Source of the DNA: Eledone cirrhosa
Taxonomy: Eukaryota
DNA length: 64,000 nt
Assembly: GCA_964016885.1 (NCBI GenBank)
Contig: OZ024754.1
Span: 16,244,001-16,308,000, forward strand
Reading direction: 5' to 3'
Under the pieces are notes generated by a model. The model had not been told where the DNA came from. It saw only the letters and a program-made list of their open reading frames with translations, and searched no databases. The translations under genes and the position numbers were made by a program. Numbering within the stretch: position 1 is the first letter of the stretch; each line of letters opens with the position of its first letter. This document shows positions 27,137 to 40,131 of the stretch, in pieces.

Positions 27137-28812
27137 TAGGGTAAGAAACACCAGTGATATAAGCTAGGGTAAGAATCACCAGTGATATAAGCTAGGGTAA
27201 GAAACACCAGTGATATAAGTTAGGGTAAGAAACACCAGTGATATAAGCTAGGGTAGGAAACACCAGTGATATAAGTTAGGGTAAGAAACACCAGTGATAT
27301 AAGCTAGGGTAAGAAACACCAGTGATATAAGCTAGGGTAAGAAACACCAGTGATATAAGCTAGGGTAAGAAACACTAGTGATATAAGTTAGGGTAAGAAT
27401 CACCAGTGATATAAGCTAGGGTAAGAAACACCAGTGATATAAGCTAGGGTAAGAATCACCAGTGATATAAGCTAGGGTAAGAAACACCAGTGATATAAGC
27501 TAGGGTAAGAAACACCAGTGATATAAGCTAGGGTAAGAATCACCAGTGATATAAGCTAGGGTAAGAAACACCAGTGATATAAGTTAGGGTAAGAAACACC
27601 AGTGATATAAGCTAGGGTAAGAAACACCAGTGATATAAGGTAGGGTAAGAAACACCAGTGATATAAGGTAGGGTAAGAAACACCAGTGATATAAGTTAGG
27701 GTAAGAAACACTAGTGATATAAGTTAGGGTAAGAAACACCAGTGATATAAGTTAGGGTAAGAAACACCAGTGATATAAGCTAGGGTAAGAAACACCAGTG
27801 ATATAAGTTAGGGTAAGAAACACTAGTGATATAAGTTAGGGTAAGAAACACCAGTGATATAAGCTAGGGTAAGAAACACTAGTGATATAAGTTAGGGTAA
27901 GAAACACCAGTGATATAAGTTAGGGTAAGAAACACCAGTGATATAAGCTAGGGTAAGAAACACCAGTGATATAAGTTAGGGTAAGAAACACTAGTGATAT
28001 AAGTTAGGGTAAGAAACACCAGTGATATAAGCTAGGGTAAGAAACACTAGTGATATAAGTTAGGGTAAGAAACACCAGTGATATAAGTTAGGGTAAGAAA
28101 CACCAGTGATATAAGCTAGGGTAAGAAACACCAATGATATAAGTTAGGGTAAGAAACACTAGTGATATAAGTTAGGGTAAGAAACACCAGTGATATAAGC
28201 TAGGGTAAGAAACACTAGTGATATAAGTTAGGGTAAGAAACACTAGTGATATAAGTTAGGGTAAGAAACACCAGTGATATAAGCTAGGGTAAGAAACACC
28301 AGTGATATAAGTTAGGGTAAGAAACACCAGTGATATAAGTTAGGGTAAGAAACACCAGTGATATAAGGTAGGGTAAGAAACACCAGTGATATAAGGTAGG
28401 GTAAGAAACACCAGTGATATAAGCTAGGGTAAGAAACACCAGTGATATAAGTTAGGGTAAGAAACACTAGTGATATAAGTTAGGGTAAGAAACACCAGTG
28501 ATATAAGCTAGGGTAAGAAACACCAGTGATATAAGTTAGGGTAAGAAACACCAGTGATATAAGTTAGGGTAAGAAACACCAGTGATATAAGTTAGGGTAA
28601 GAAACACCAGTGATATAAGCTAGGGTAAGAAACACCAGTGATATAAGTTAGGGTAAGAAACACCAGTGATATAAGCTAGGGTAAGAAACACCAGTGATAT
28701 AAGTTAGGGTAAGAAACACCAGTGATATAAGCTAGGGTAAGAAACACCAGTGATATAAGTTAGGGTAAGAAACACCAGTGATATAAGCTAGGGTAAGAAA
28801 CGCCAGTGATAT
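27137..28812. repeat. 28-bp minisatellite, ~60 copies
   Basis: Unit tagggtaagaaacaccagtgatataag(c/t/g). Confidence 0.96.
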
Positions 28813-31380
28813 AAGTGGTAGTGTTGCTGTTACAATAAAATGCATCCTGCCCACTCTATTAAGTGGTAGTGCTGGTGTTACAATAACATGCATCCAGCCC
28901 ACTCTACTAAGTGGTAGTGCTGGTACCACAATAAAATGCATCCTGCCCACTCTACTAAGTGGTAGTGCTGTTGTTACAATAAAATGCATCCAGCCCACTC
29001 TATTAAGTGGTAGTGCTGGTGTTACAATAAAATGCATCCAGCCCACTATTAAGTGGTAGTGCTGGTGTTACAATAAAATACATCCAGCCCACTCTATTAA
29101 GTGGTAGCGCTGGTGCTACAATAAAATACATCCTGCCCACTCTATTAAGTGGTAGTGCTGGTGTTACAATAAAATACATCCAGCCCACTCTATTAAGTGG
29201 TAGTGCTGGTGTTACAATAAAATGCATCCTGCCCACTCTTACTAAGTGATAGTGCTGGTACCACAATAAAATGCATCCTGCCCACTCTACTAAGTGGTAG
29301 TGCTGGTACCACAATAAAATGCATCCTGCCCACTCTACTAAGTGGTAGTGCTGGTGTTACAATAAAATACATCCAGCCCACTCTATTAAGTGGTAGTGCT
29401 GTTGTTACAATAAAATACACCCAGCCCACTCTATTAAGTGAAAGTGCTGGTACCACAATAAAATGCATCCAGCCCACTCTATTAAGTGATAGTGCTGGTA
29501 CCACAATAAAATGCATCCAGCCCACTCTATTAAGTGGTAGTGCTGGTACCACAATAAAATGCATCCTGCCCACTCTACTAAGTGGTAGTGCTGCTGTTAC
29601 AATAAAATACATCCTGCCCACTCTACTAAGTGGTAGTGCTGGTGTTACAATAAAATACATCCTGCCCACTCTATTAAGTGGTAGTGCTGGTACCACAATA
29701 AAATGCATCCAGCCCACTCTATTAAGTGGTAGTGCTGGTATCACAATAAAATGCATCCTGCCCACTCTGTTAAGTGGTAGTGCTGCTGTTACAATAAAAT
29801 ACGTCCTGCCCACTCTATTAAGTGGTAGTGCTGGTGTTACAATAAAATACATCCTGCCCACTCTATTAAGTGGTAGTGCTGGTGTTACAATAAAATGCAT
29901 CCAGCCCACTCTATTAAGTGGTAGTGCTGGTGTTACAATAAAATGCATCCAGCCCATTCTATTAAGTGGTAGTGCTGGTGTTACAATAAAAAACATCCAG
30001 CCCACTCTATTAAGTGGTAGTGCTGGTGTTACAATAAAATACATCCAGCCCACTCTATTAAGTGATAGTGCTGGTACCACAATAAAATGCATCCAGCCCA
30101 CTCTATTAAGTGATAGTGCTGGAACCACAATAAAATGCATCCAGCCCACTCTATTAAGTGATAGTGCTGGTACCACAATAAAATGCATCCTGCCCACTCT
30201 ATTAAGTGGTAGTGCTGGTGTTACAATAAAAAGCATCCAGCCCACTATTAAGTGATAGTGCTGGTACCACAATAAAATGCATCCAGCCCACTCTATTAAG
30301 TGATAGTGCTGGTACCACAATAAAATGCATCCTGCCCACTCTATTAAGTGATAGTGCTGGTACCACAATAAAATGCATCCAGCCCACTCTATTAAGTGAT
30401 AGTGCTGGTACCACAATAAAATGCATCCAGCCCACTCTACTAAGTGGTAGTGCTGGTACCACAATAAAATGCATCCTGCCCACTCTACTAAGTGGTAGTG
30501 CTGGTACCACAATAAAATGCATCCTGCCCACTCTACTAAGTGGTAGTGCTGGTATCACAATAAAATGCATCCTGCCCACTCTACTAAGTGGTAGTGCTGG
30601 TGTTACAATAAAATACATCCAGCCCACTCTATTAAGTGGTAGTGCTGCTGTTACAATAAAATACATCCTGCCCTCTCTATTAAGTGGTAGTGCTGGTGTT
30701 ACAATAAAATACATCCTGCCCACTCTACTAAGTGGTAGTGCTGGTGTTACAATAAAATGCATCCTGCCCACTCTACTAAGTGGTAGCGCTGGTGTTACAA
30801 TAAAATGCATCCAGCCCACTCTATTAAGTGGTAGTGCTGGTATCACAATAAAATGCATCCTGCCCACTCTATTAAGTGGTAGTGCTGATGTTACAATAAA
30901 ATACGTCCTGCCCACTCTATTAAGTGGTAGTGCTGGTGTTACAATAAAATACGTCCTGCCCACTCTATTAAGTGGTAGTGCTGGTGTTACAATAAAATAC
31001 GTCCTGCCCACTCTATTAAGTGGTAGTGCTGGTGTTACAATAAAATACGTCCTGCCCACTCTATTAAGTGGTAGTGCTGGTGTTACAATAAAATACATCC
31101 TGCCCACTCTATTAAGTGGTAGTGCTGGTGTTACAATAAAATGCATCCAGCCCACTCTATTAAGTGATAGTGCTGGTACCACAATAAAATGCATCCAGCC
31201 CACTCTATTAAGTGATGGTGCTGGTACCACAATAAAATGCATCCTGCCCACTCTATTAAGTGATAGTGCTGGTACCACAATAAAATGCATCCTGCTCACT
31301 ATTAAGTGGTAGTGCTGGTGTTACAATAAAATGCATCCTGCCCACTCTATTAAGTGGTAGTGCTGGTGTTACAATAAAAT
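28813..31380 (+). repeat. 48-bp minisatellite, ~53 copies, derived from an RTE 3'-UTR internal repeat
   Basis: Unit aagtggtagtgctggtgttacaataaaatgcatccagcccactctatt; array runs directly into attaggaagggtattcag...acccatgttag...gatgat (31410-31560). Confidence 0.95.
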
Positions 31381-34300
31381 GGATGCAGTACATTCTGTAA
31401 AGTAATAGACATTAGGAAGGGTATTCAGTTTTAGAAATTAGGCTAAACTTGAATATATGCGCAAGGTCAGCTGACCTGTCTAGTCTTAGGATGTGACTAC
31501 CCATCCAACCCATGTTAGTATAGAACACAGTGGTGGTGGTTGTGGTGGTGATGATAATGAAACATTTTTGTTTTTGTTAGTCTGAAATGAAACACTTGTC
31601 TATAGCTTCGCCAACACCATTTAATTTACAGGATGAAGATAATATACATGGTACTTAAGAAATTGGAAGTAATACACAGCAGAGAAAGTAGGCCAGAGGA
31701 ATGTAAGTTTTGGAAAAGAGGGATTGACTAAAATAATTAGTATGGGATCTTAAGGTAAGATAGTATAAATGGGGAAAGAAATGAATACACTGACCAACTG
31801 AATAGCTTTCAGGAATGGAGACAAGTGTAAGTTTAAATATGCAGAGAGACTATTGTAGTAATTAATAGAAAAAGAGGTAAAAAAAGGTGGACATAGTTTG
31901 TCAGAAGTGTGTCTATGAAGAAGTAAGGTGTTAGTGTGTGAGGATTTAACTATGAAGCTGCTCATAAAACTTTTTCTTAGATGTAGCGTAGCATAATACA
32001 TTTTAAATATACTGGTAAACAAGCTAATGTAAATAGTTTTCTTAATATTACGCACTCACTAATTTAAGAAGGGTAAATGTTTTCATAATTAGATGTCTTC
32101 CTAACAATAACATCCTAATGTGATGTCAGTGGAAACAAATTCTATTATTTAAAATACATTTAGAGCAGAGGATTGGCAGTATAAGTCAAGTGTTGGACAA
32201 CACGCTTTACAGCATATAATTGGGACCCTTTACATTCATCATCATCACTGTTTAACATTCATTTTCTCTCACTGACATGGGTTAGACAAGTTATCCTGTT
32301 GTGAGCAATGCTAGGTCGGCTGACCTTGTCTTGCTCATACAGAACTGATTTTGGCTTGGTTTCTACTGCTGGATGCCCTTCCTAGCGAGGTTACAGGGGT
32401 GATTAAATAAAGTACCAGTATGCACTAGGGTTTATTTCATTGAATTTCCCCTCCGCCAAAGTTGCTGGCCTTGTGACTAAATCAGAAACCATTATCTAAA
32501 ATACCTTTCATCTTTACGGGGTCGATAAAATACAGTACCAGTAATGCACTGGGTAATTGCTGGCCTTGTGCCAAAAGTAGAAACCATTATCTAAAATACA
32601 TTTATACTGACAATGGCAAAAAGAAATATGGACAGCATGTCTCAGCTGCAACCGGAGTTACTATGGAGAACAGCAAGCAATACCCACTGCACCAACCTTT
32701 CCACAATGCAAAGCTCTGTCATCAGGTTTGGCAGAAGAAAATAGCAGACAGGGGATCAAGGAGACCTGATATCCTGACGGTAATTGACACAATAAAGAGT
32801 TGGTCAGGCAATGACTTGTATTTAGTTATTTTTCGGCCATTTGTCCAGGAACCGAGCATACTAAAGGTTTCAATGACAACTAGCACAAAGAATCAGTCAG
32901 TTAATAGCTGGTATTTGGTCATCTTCTGCTCCTTTATGTTATGCATGGCAGTGTCCAGGCTGTACCTGTAATTCAAAGAGCCAATCTTGTCACACAGTGT
33001 GTCACACCGAATTCCAGAGACACGTTAGTTTCATGAACAAGTGGTTTCATTAATTGAACAACTGGAATATTCATCGTTGAAAACAATGGAGATCCATTCC
33101 AGGACATGCAGGGATGCAGTGTATGTATGTATGGTCCCCGTAACTCCTGATAGAGTTGTAGGAGCTCGGTGTTGACAAACAGCATTTCTTGGGAATTTTA
33201 AGCTTGGTGGAGCCCATCCCTCTCCAGGTCTGAGTTCAGCAGATTTCTTCCAGAGAAAGATAGAAAGGGAGAGAGAGGAAATGAGAAAGCGATATTGAGG
33301 AAGAATCGACCCCAGTACTAGACTGGTACTTTTTTTATCGACCTCGAAAGGACGAAAGGCAAAGTTGACTTCGGCGGGATTTGAACTTAGAGAGCAGAGA
33401 GTTGGAACAAATACCACAAGGCATTCTTATCCGACGTTCTAATGACTGCCAATTCGCCGCTTGTGATGCTGTGTACCTATTCTCAAAGCCGGGGGGGGGG
33501 GGGGGGGTATACATGGGAGGCAATTCAAAGGAATATGAAAGATAAATGTTCTAATGTTCATCTTATAAGTATAATGATGTTAAATATATATATATATATA
33601 TATATATTTTTTTTCCGCATCGATACTAGACGACAAAATTTCAAAGGAAGAATCAATATGGATATTGAACCTAAAAGAACTTTAAAATAGCTAAGGTACG
33701 CTCTGGCTTTTATATCTCGAGCATCTTACTATGAAAGTTATTATGAGGGGGTTTTCTGTTTTCATTGCCTTATTTCAGTCGTAAACACGTTTTTTTTGCT
33801 TGATAACATTTTATAGAAAGAGCATAGTCCATTTATTTATGTTCAATATCATTATCATCATTTTAGGTTCGTTTTCCACTCATGAATGGGTTGGATGGGT
33901 TGTCACGTTCTCAGACCACTCGGCCCACTATATTACTAATAAATATTTTATAGGGACAGTCTCGGCGAGATTTGAACGCATACATGTGGGACATTAAATA
34001 ACTGGCCAACGAAGCTTTTGATTTGTGCTGACTTTCACAACAGAATTTGCAACGAGCTTGAGAATTGTTTCTCGATATATTAGACATAGCAGTCAAATCT
34101 TTATTAAATCATACTATCGTTTTAAATAAATAAATAAATAAAACGAACACATTAAATAACGTAGTCTTATACCCCACCCACACCAAAATAAACAGTAAAA
34201 AAAAACAAAAAAACAAAAAAACAAAAACCCCCCAGCTGACATGATGCTAAACAATAACTGAACATACAATTATTTCACTGGACATAAATTGGGGTAGTGT

Positions 34301-35355
34301 TTCTCTTACAGGGGCATGAATATTTTGCTGTGAATCGTGTAATTAAAACAACTTGCTACCTCATCTCTTCTTTCATCATACAAATTATGTTGCATATGTG
34401 CTGCATGCAGGTACCTGTGTGTGTGTGTGAATATGTGTGCATGAATCATGGCAACTGTCTTCTCGTGTGCATTTCATTGCGTTTACGTTTGACTACATGT
34501 GGTTATATATTTGTGTTGCTTATTTATTCTGTTGACACATACACACACAAGGCACAGGGCCTTACGAATACGTGACTTCAAAACAAAGACCGACGAAAAT
34601 GAGAAGCTAATAGTAAGCTAAAATAAATAATATGCGTAAACAGTAAAATGATAAGGGATTAAGAGAGGTAGAAATCCCCAGAACGGGACAGCAAATAAAT
34701 AAATAAATATAACAGAAAATATCAAATGAAAATAGAGCTATCAACAAACACACGAATAGTAGTTTGATTTCGTCTGGTAATTTTTTTCTGATTCATACAT
34801 TACGAAATTATCCTAACATAACATAACTCCAAGAGACGATTTATATATTTTTCATTACGATTTAAATTAAAGAGAACGTCAAAAATAATAGCCAGTCTAA
34901 TATATATTTCGTTAAGTAATTAAAAGCATTAGAGTGAGCTTTCAATCTCTACTTGCAGACATTTGGGAGGCGGATCCTTGTTTCCCCGCCGTTTTAAACA
35001 ACCACAACAGAGAATAACAGGAGATCGTCGAACTGAAAATAAAAACGCAACTAAACTTAACCATTAACTATATGGTAAATTTATAGTCCCTATTTATAAC
35101 AACTGTGATTGTAGGAATGCCAGTATTAAACAGTATTCAAACTCGACAAAAGGTAGTAATAATGAGACCTTATAAAGGATTACCGCAGCTCCGTTTCACT
35201 TCGTTTTTCCAAGATAAATATTTCAATTTATATATACGCGTTAAAAATACTTCTCTTTAAAAATCCTTTATTTAAATCACGGAATATTGTTATTTTATAG
35301 ATAAATTTCGATTATGTAATGAAATAATTAGTTATGGGCTTCACACACAATATTT

Positions 35356-35397
<42 letters not shown>

Positions 35398-35998
35398 CAT
35401 AAGTAGGCAGGTGCACCCATGTATGCGTGCAGTAATTCTGGATGTGAAACAAAAATAAAAGATAAATACGAGTGTATTTATCTTTTTGAACAATGCTGCC
35501 AGAGGGGAAGGGATTTAAAAGGTTAAAATAACTTAATTTATCCCATTTCTTTACTTGAAAATATATTTAAAGCTATTATTGATCTTATTACGAACAGACC
35601 TAATAAAAATGTATTTAAAAGCAGTATGATGTAAGGCTGCTATTAAAGTCTTAATAAAATTGTAAATCTAAGAGGCGTCGCAAGGAGAAAAAATAGCAGC
35701 CGAAAGTTACACGGGAAGATCCAAAATATAGAACGGGACAAATGTAATATTTTTTAGAAAACAGAGGAAATATCAATAAATGAAAAATATTTAAAAGATG
35801 TTTATTTTGTTAATAAGTGATTATAAAAGTAAACAAAAATTAAAACCAATTAAATTTAGTTTGTAAGAGACAAATTTATATAGATAAACCAGCCTAAATT
35901 TATATACATAATCCAGCCTAGCAGTTGCACTTTATGTCCGGTCAATCGTCAAATTAAGACAACACATGGGAAAGAAGAGAAAATATTGTTTTTCTTAC

Positions 35999-36055
35999 CT
36001 GTTGAGTTGCCAATTCAAAGACATTGCTCACGATGCAATCACTATCACTAGCCAT
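35999..36055 (-). CDS. UVRAG: UVRAG coding exon 1 (MASDSDCIVSNVFELATQQ)
   Basis: ATG at 36055, 19 codons, ends CAG|GTAAGA (phase 0). Joins in frame to exon 2, giving ELATQQ|KRIRHL, which matches the recalled UVRAG N-terminal motif ELPSQQ-RRLRHL. Confidence 0.85.
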
Positions 36056-36149
36056 TACAAAACTGCTTTGTACTAATACTTATTTCCATGTTTGGTGCAC
36101 ATATGTTGAGTGGATGTTAATAAGACAGAGACTCGCTGAGGACAAGTCC

Positions 36150-36790
36150 ACCATGTTTATTATGCCAGATCACATGAGGAACAATTGAAGGTGGGGGCGT
36201 CAACATTATAACAAATAAGAAAATACGTTTAAACAATTAAAATAAGAGATATTTAAAACTAATTACTCAGATAACCCACAATGTTAGGCAGGCTTTTTCA
36301 TATTTTAATTATATTACTAGCAGTATGACATTTCCGCCCTCGGTCTGAGATATGGAAGGGTAGGACTAAATATATATTCAGCTGATCAGAAAATATACAA
36401 TTTTAATTATATTTTAAATTAAAATTCAACGTAAGTTAATGTAGGAGAATTTTCACGAAGATTTCGTCAAATAATATTTTATACATACATATTTATTTTA
36501 TACATTATTCTGATAGTATAAGAAAGGAAGACTAAGGAGCCCAGTAATTTAATTAATAAGCTGCTTTAGAAAGAAGTAGTAATTTATTATGTGATTTTGT
36601 CAAAAGAAAATGAAAAAAAAAAACAACTTAAAATTAAATTATATTTAATTTTTTAATCACTGAGTCCGGAGCAAATTGCTAGTATCATTTCCGTTTGTTA
36701 CACCGGTTGAGTGGTCTCCCTTGAACACTTAATTTGCTGTGCATGTGACTTGCCTTATGTTTTTGTATTAAGTTGGACTTCTGAAGGTAT
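36150..36790. promoter_or_regulatory. Probable bidirectional promoter for UVRAG and LAMTOR4, with a candidate non-coding LAMTOR4 exon ending at 36786
   Basis: Lies between the divergent genes and CpGs are retained. E-boxes TCACATGA (36170-36177) and CATGTGAC (36742-36749), two ATTTCCG (ETS-like) sites near 36330 and 36687, plus-strand donor GAAG|GTATTT at 36786/36787. TSS positions are not observable. Confidence 0.55.
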
Positions 36791-37706
36791 TTTACTCCTG
36801 TTTATTTAAATATTTACTTTTATATGTCAATATTACTATTGTCTCTTAAACTATTGCATTCATTAAGTATTTTTCTCTCTTCACTTTTATTTTTTTAAAG
36901 AATTCTTTTCTACAGTAACCTAATGTATATATATATATATTCCATCGTAATTTAGACTGCTTCGCAATTTTATGCTTTCACTCAACGGAACATTTTTGTG
37001 TATTTATTTAATTGAATAATTTAATAGCACACTTGGAATAATCTCGAGTGGTTTTATCTTGGTATAAAATATTCTAACTCATCAATTATATTCATTTTAA
37101 CCCAGCACTGTAACTGACATCCTCATTTATATTTCCGTAAAAAATATATGGTTCCTTGTAATACATATTGTTTTAATCATAACTATACTAACTTTGCAAT
37201 GTCTAGATATTAAAAAAAAACTCGATACGTTTTCATCAATTATTCAGTGTGAAGAGAAATATGGAAAATAAGCGATAAATTCATTTAAGATAACACCCTT
37301 CTTCGTATTAGACAATGTCTGGGCGTGGATATATACACAACCCTTTCAATTTTTCGAAGAATTAACTTTTCTGGTTATATTGCCAAGGTTTTCTTTTTGC
37401 GTCTAATTAATTAAATTTAATTGTTTGTTTTTTTCTTTATTTCACATCTACGGCTTAATATCTTTCTAAACTAGGTTTTATTAGAATAACCTATGAACGA
37501 CTCAAAGTCCATTGTATGCTGTTTACATTGTATATTATACCGAAAGACAAGATCGATTTAGATTGGACTCGCAGACCTTTCTATATGAATATATCGTAGC
37601 ATTTTTAAATTGTAGTTAAATGTCTTCAAACATTAATATTTCTAATAGAAAAATATAGGCCGCTACACTACAGAGAACTATGATAATGGTAAACAATTAT
37701 AAATAA

Positions 37707-37895
37707 TTGTTTCTACTTTTGGCACAAGGCCAGCAATTATCCCAGTGCATTACTGATACTTTATTTTATCGACCCCTTAAGGATGAAAGGCAAAGTTAAC
37801 CTAGGCGGGATTTGAACTCAGAATGGCAAGGGCCGTAACTCTATGCATCAAAGCATGGCGTCCAACCCTCTACCGATACTGCCAATTCACCGCCC
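37707..37895 (-). mobile_element. Full-length family A SINE in the LAMTOR4 5' region
   Basis: Reverse complement of the 9459 element, with flanking duplication aattataaataattg. Confidence 0.85.
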
Positions 37896-37984
37896 TAAAC
37901 AAATTATAAATAATTGACCAAATCGTGTAAAATACTGCTGTAGACAGACATTTCTTACCTGATTGATTCAATTATTATTTATAG

Positions 37985-38210
37985 CATTGGATTGGCGAAG
38001 TCATTAGAGCGTCGGACAAATGCCTAGCAAGTATTTGTTCCAGCCCTTTACGTTCTGAGTTCAAATCATGCCGATCTCAACTTTGCCTTTCATCCTTCGG
38101 GGGTCCATAAAATAAAGTATCAGTCAAGTAATGGGGGAGGTTTTTTTTCTTTGATATAATCGATTTTCCAATCCTCACAAAATCGCTGGCTTTGTGTCTA
38201 AATTAAAAAT
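37985..38210 (+). mobile_element. Family A-related SINE, inverted relative to 37707-37895
   Basis: ctgagttcaaatc...ctttgcctttcatccttcggggtccataaaataaagta. Confidence 0.75.
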
Positions 38211-39703
38211 CATTTATAGTTACCAATTATTATTATAGTTATTTGCATTGTGATGACTATATTTTCAAATATTCGAATGCTTTGTAAGTGATCTAAGTCG
38301 TATTATATTTAATTGCCTGAAATTCACTTAAATTTTATTTTTAGCAATGAAGTCCATCATCAAATCTTATCACCATTCTTTAGTTGCCAACCCGGCCAAA
38401 ACTGGTTCTTGTTCTATGAAATAAAACCACCCATTTTAAAGGTTTCCAATTTAAACTGGCCGTCTGCAGCCAGAATTCTCTCAGTTCTTTCTGTTCAAAC
38501 CGGCTATAATTGGCCGCTCATACTAATGTTAAGGTATTATTATCAAAATAAATAATATCAAAATCTCATAGCTTTGATAATATGTGAGAAAATTATGTGA
38601 GGTAAAGCCTTTACCACAAAAATATAATAGTAAATATACAGTAATGTAAATGCTAAAAGGTTAACCCTCTTGTTACCAACCTAGCCAAAACTGGCTCTGG
38701 TTCTATGAAATGCACTCAAGAGCCAGACGATGGACTAAGTCTACAATTGAGGTAGGTCAGAGTGGTCATTGAACTCAATGAAGTGAGCTGAAACAAATGC
38801 TACAATGCATTTTGTCCAATAATCTAACAATACCACCAATCCACCACTCTAAACTAATTATCGTTTAACGTCCATCTTCCATGCTAGCATGGGTAGGCAA
38901 TACTTTATTTATCAACTCCAAAAGTGGTCGTGTGGGTGACATGACAAAAAGTGCCCAGTCCACACTGTCAAATGGTCATGTAGGTGTCACAACAAAATCA
39001 CTCAGTCCACACAGTAAAGTGGTCGAGTTAACGTCGCGGCTAAAATTCCACCTATACACTTGCTCCTGGACTGGACCTTTATTTATCAACCCTGAAAGGA
39101 TAAATGTCAGAGCTGACCTCAGCAACATTTGAATCCAGATTACAAAGAGTTGGTACAAATACCTCATGGCATATAGACTAATGTTATAAAACTCTGCTGA
39201 TTTGCTGTCTTAACTCTTTTCATATCAAACTACCTGAAAGATTTCAAAATTGTAACATAATTCAATTACTAATTACATTTATTATTTACTAACGATAGAC
39301 CCTGTGGTTTCCGGGCACACCTTTCGCCACTGTAAATAAAGGCCCCTCTTTGTCCTCAACATGGACGTTTTTAAAGAGCCCCAGAACTCTGCTATTTTAG
39401 GGGAGAGAAAGAGTTAAACTATATGTTGACTTGCTCTGGGAGCTAAATAACCAGATGGAAATTGAGGAAATGCATCACCTGCATACAGACAGAGAGAAAG
39501 ACATTTTCGTTTTTATGGTAGCAAGGATCTGGTGGATAATGGTATTAACTTGGGACAGATACAATCCTACTTCCTGTGGTCCTGGGATAAAAAATCTTTC
39601 ATGCCCCCTCTTATTCCTTCTTGATGACAGGTGATATTTCAGAGATCCTTCAAAGTATCAATCTATTCATATATCATATATATATATATATTCTTTTGTA
39701 AAG

Positions 39704-39781
39704 ATGACTGCATTAAATATGGACAAAATTCCTGGGTCTGTTGGATATCAAATACTTAATGAAGAAGGAGCAATTCTCAGT
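39704..39781 (+). CDS. LAMTOR4: LAMTOR4 (Ragulator subunit) coding exon 1 (MTALNMDKIPGSVGYQILNEEGAILS)
   Basis: ATG directly after acceptor ttcttttgtaaag, donor AGT|GTAAGT. Resembles LAMTOR4 N-terminus (ERIPDQLGYLVLSEGAVLA). Confidence 0.9.
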
Positions 39782-40016
39782 GTAAGTAAAATTCTAAATA
39801 TTTTATCTGTTTTATATATTTTATTCAGTCACCCAGTCATTTTCATCCTTCCTCAACACATGGCCCAACCATCTCATTCTAGTTCTCTTCACAACATTCA
39901 TCATTGATTCTTTTCCCATTTTTAGGAAAATAAATTACATAAACTAAATAATTCTTTTTATTTCATTTACTATTTGAAAGACTTCTGGGTAAATGTTATA
40001 TAATTTCTAATTCCAG

Positions 40017-40131
40017 TCATCTGGGGAACTGGAGTATGATGAAGTAACTGCTAATCGAATATACAGATTCTTGCACACAGCATGTAAGATGCCACTTGCT
40101 GAAAGGAAAGATTACTGGAAAAGAATTATGG
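40017..40131 (+). CDS. LAMTOR4: LAMTOR4 coding exon 2 (SSGELEYDEVTANRIYRFLHTACKMPLAERKDYWKRIM)
   Basis: Acceptor ttctaattccag, donor G|GTAAAC, 115 nt. Carries an SSGDLENDE-like motif. Confidence 0.92.

Noticed and set aside
28732-31299. Long minus-strand ORFs (MHFIVTPALPLNRVGW repeats)
   Set aside because: Translation of the 48-bp minisatellite; frames shift at unit indels.
27137-31380. CRISPR-like or telomeric array
   Set aside because: Head-to-tail units with no unique spacers, in a eukaryotic context. TTAGGG occurs only once per unit in some variants, never in tandem.
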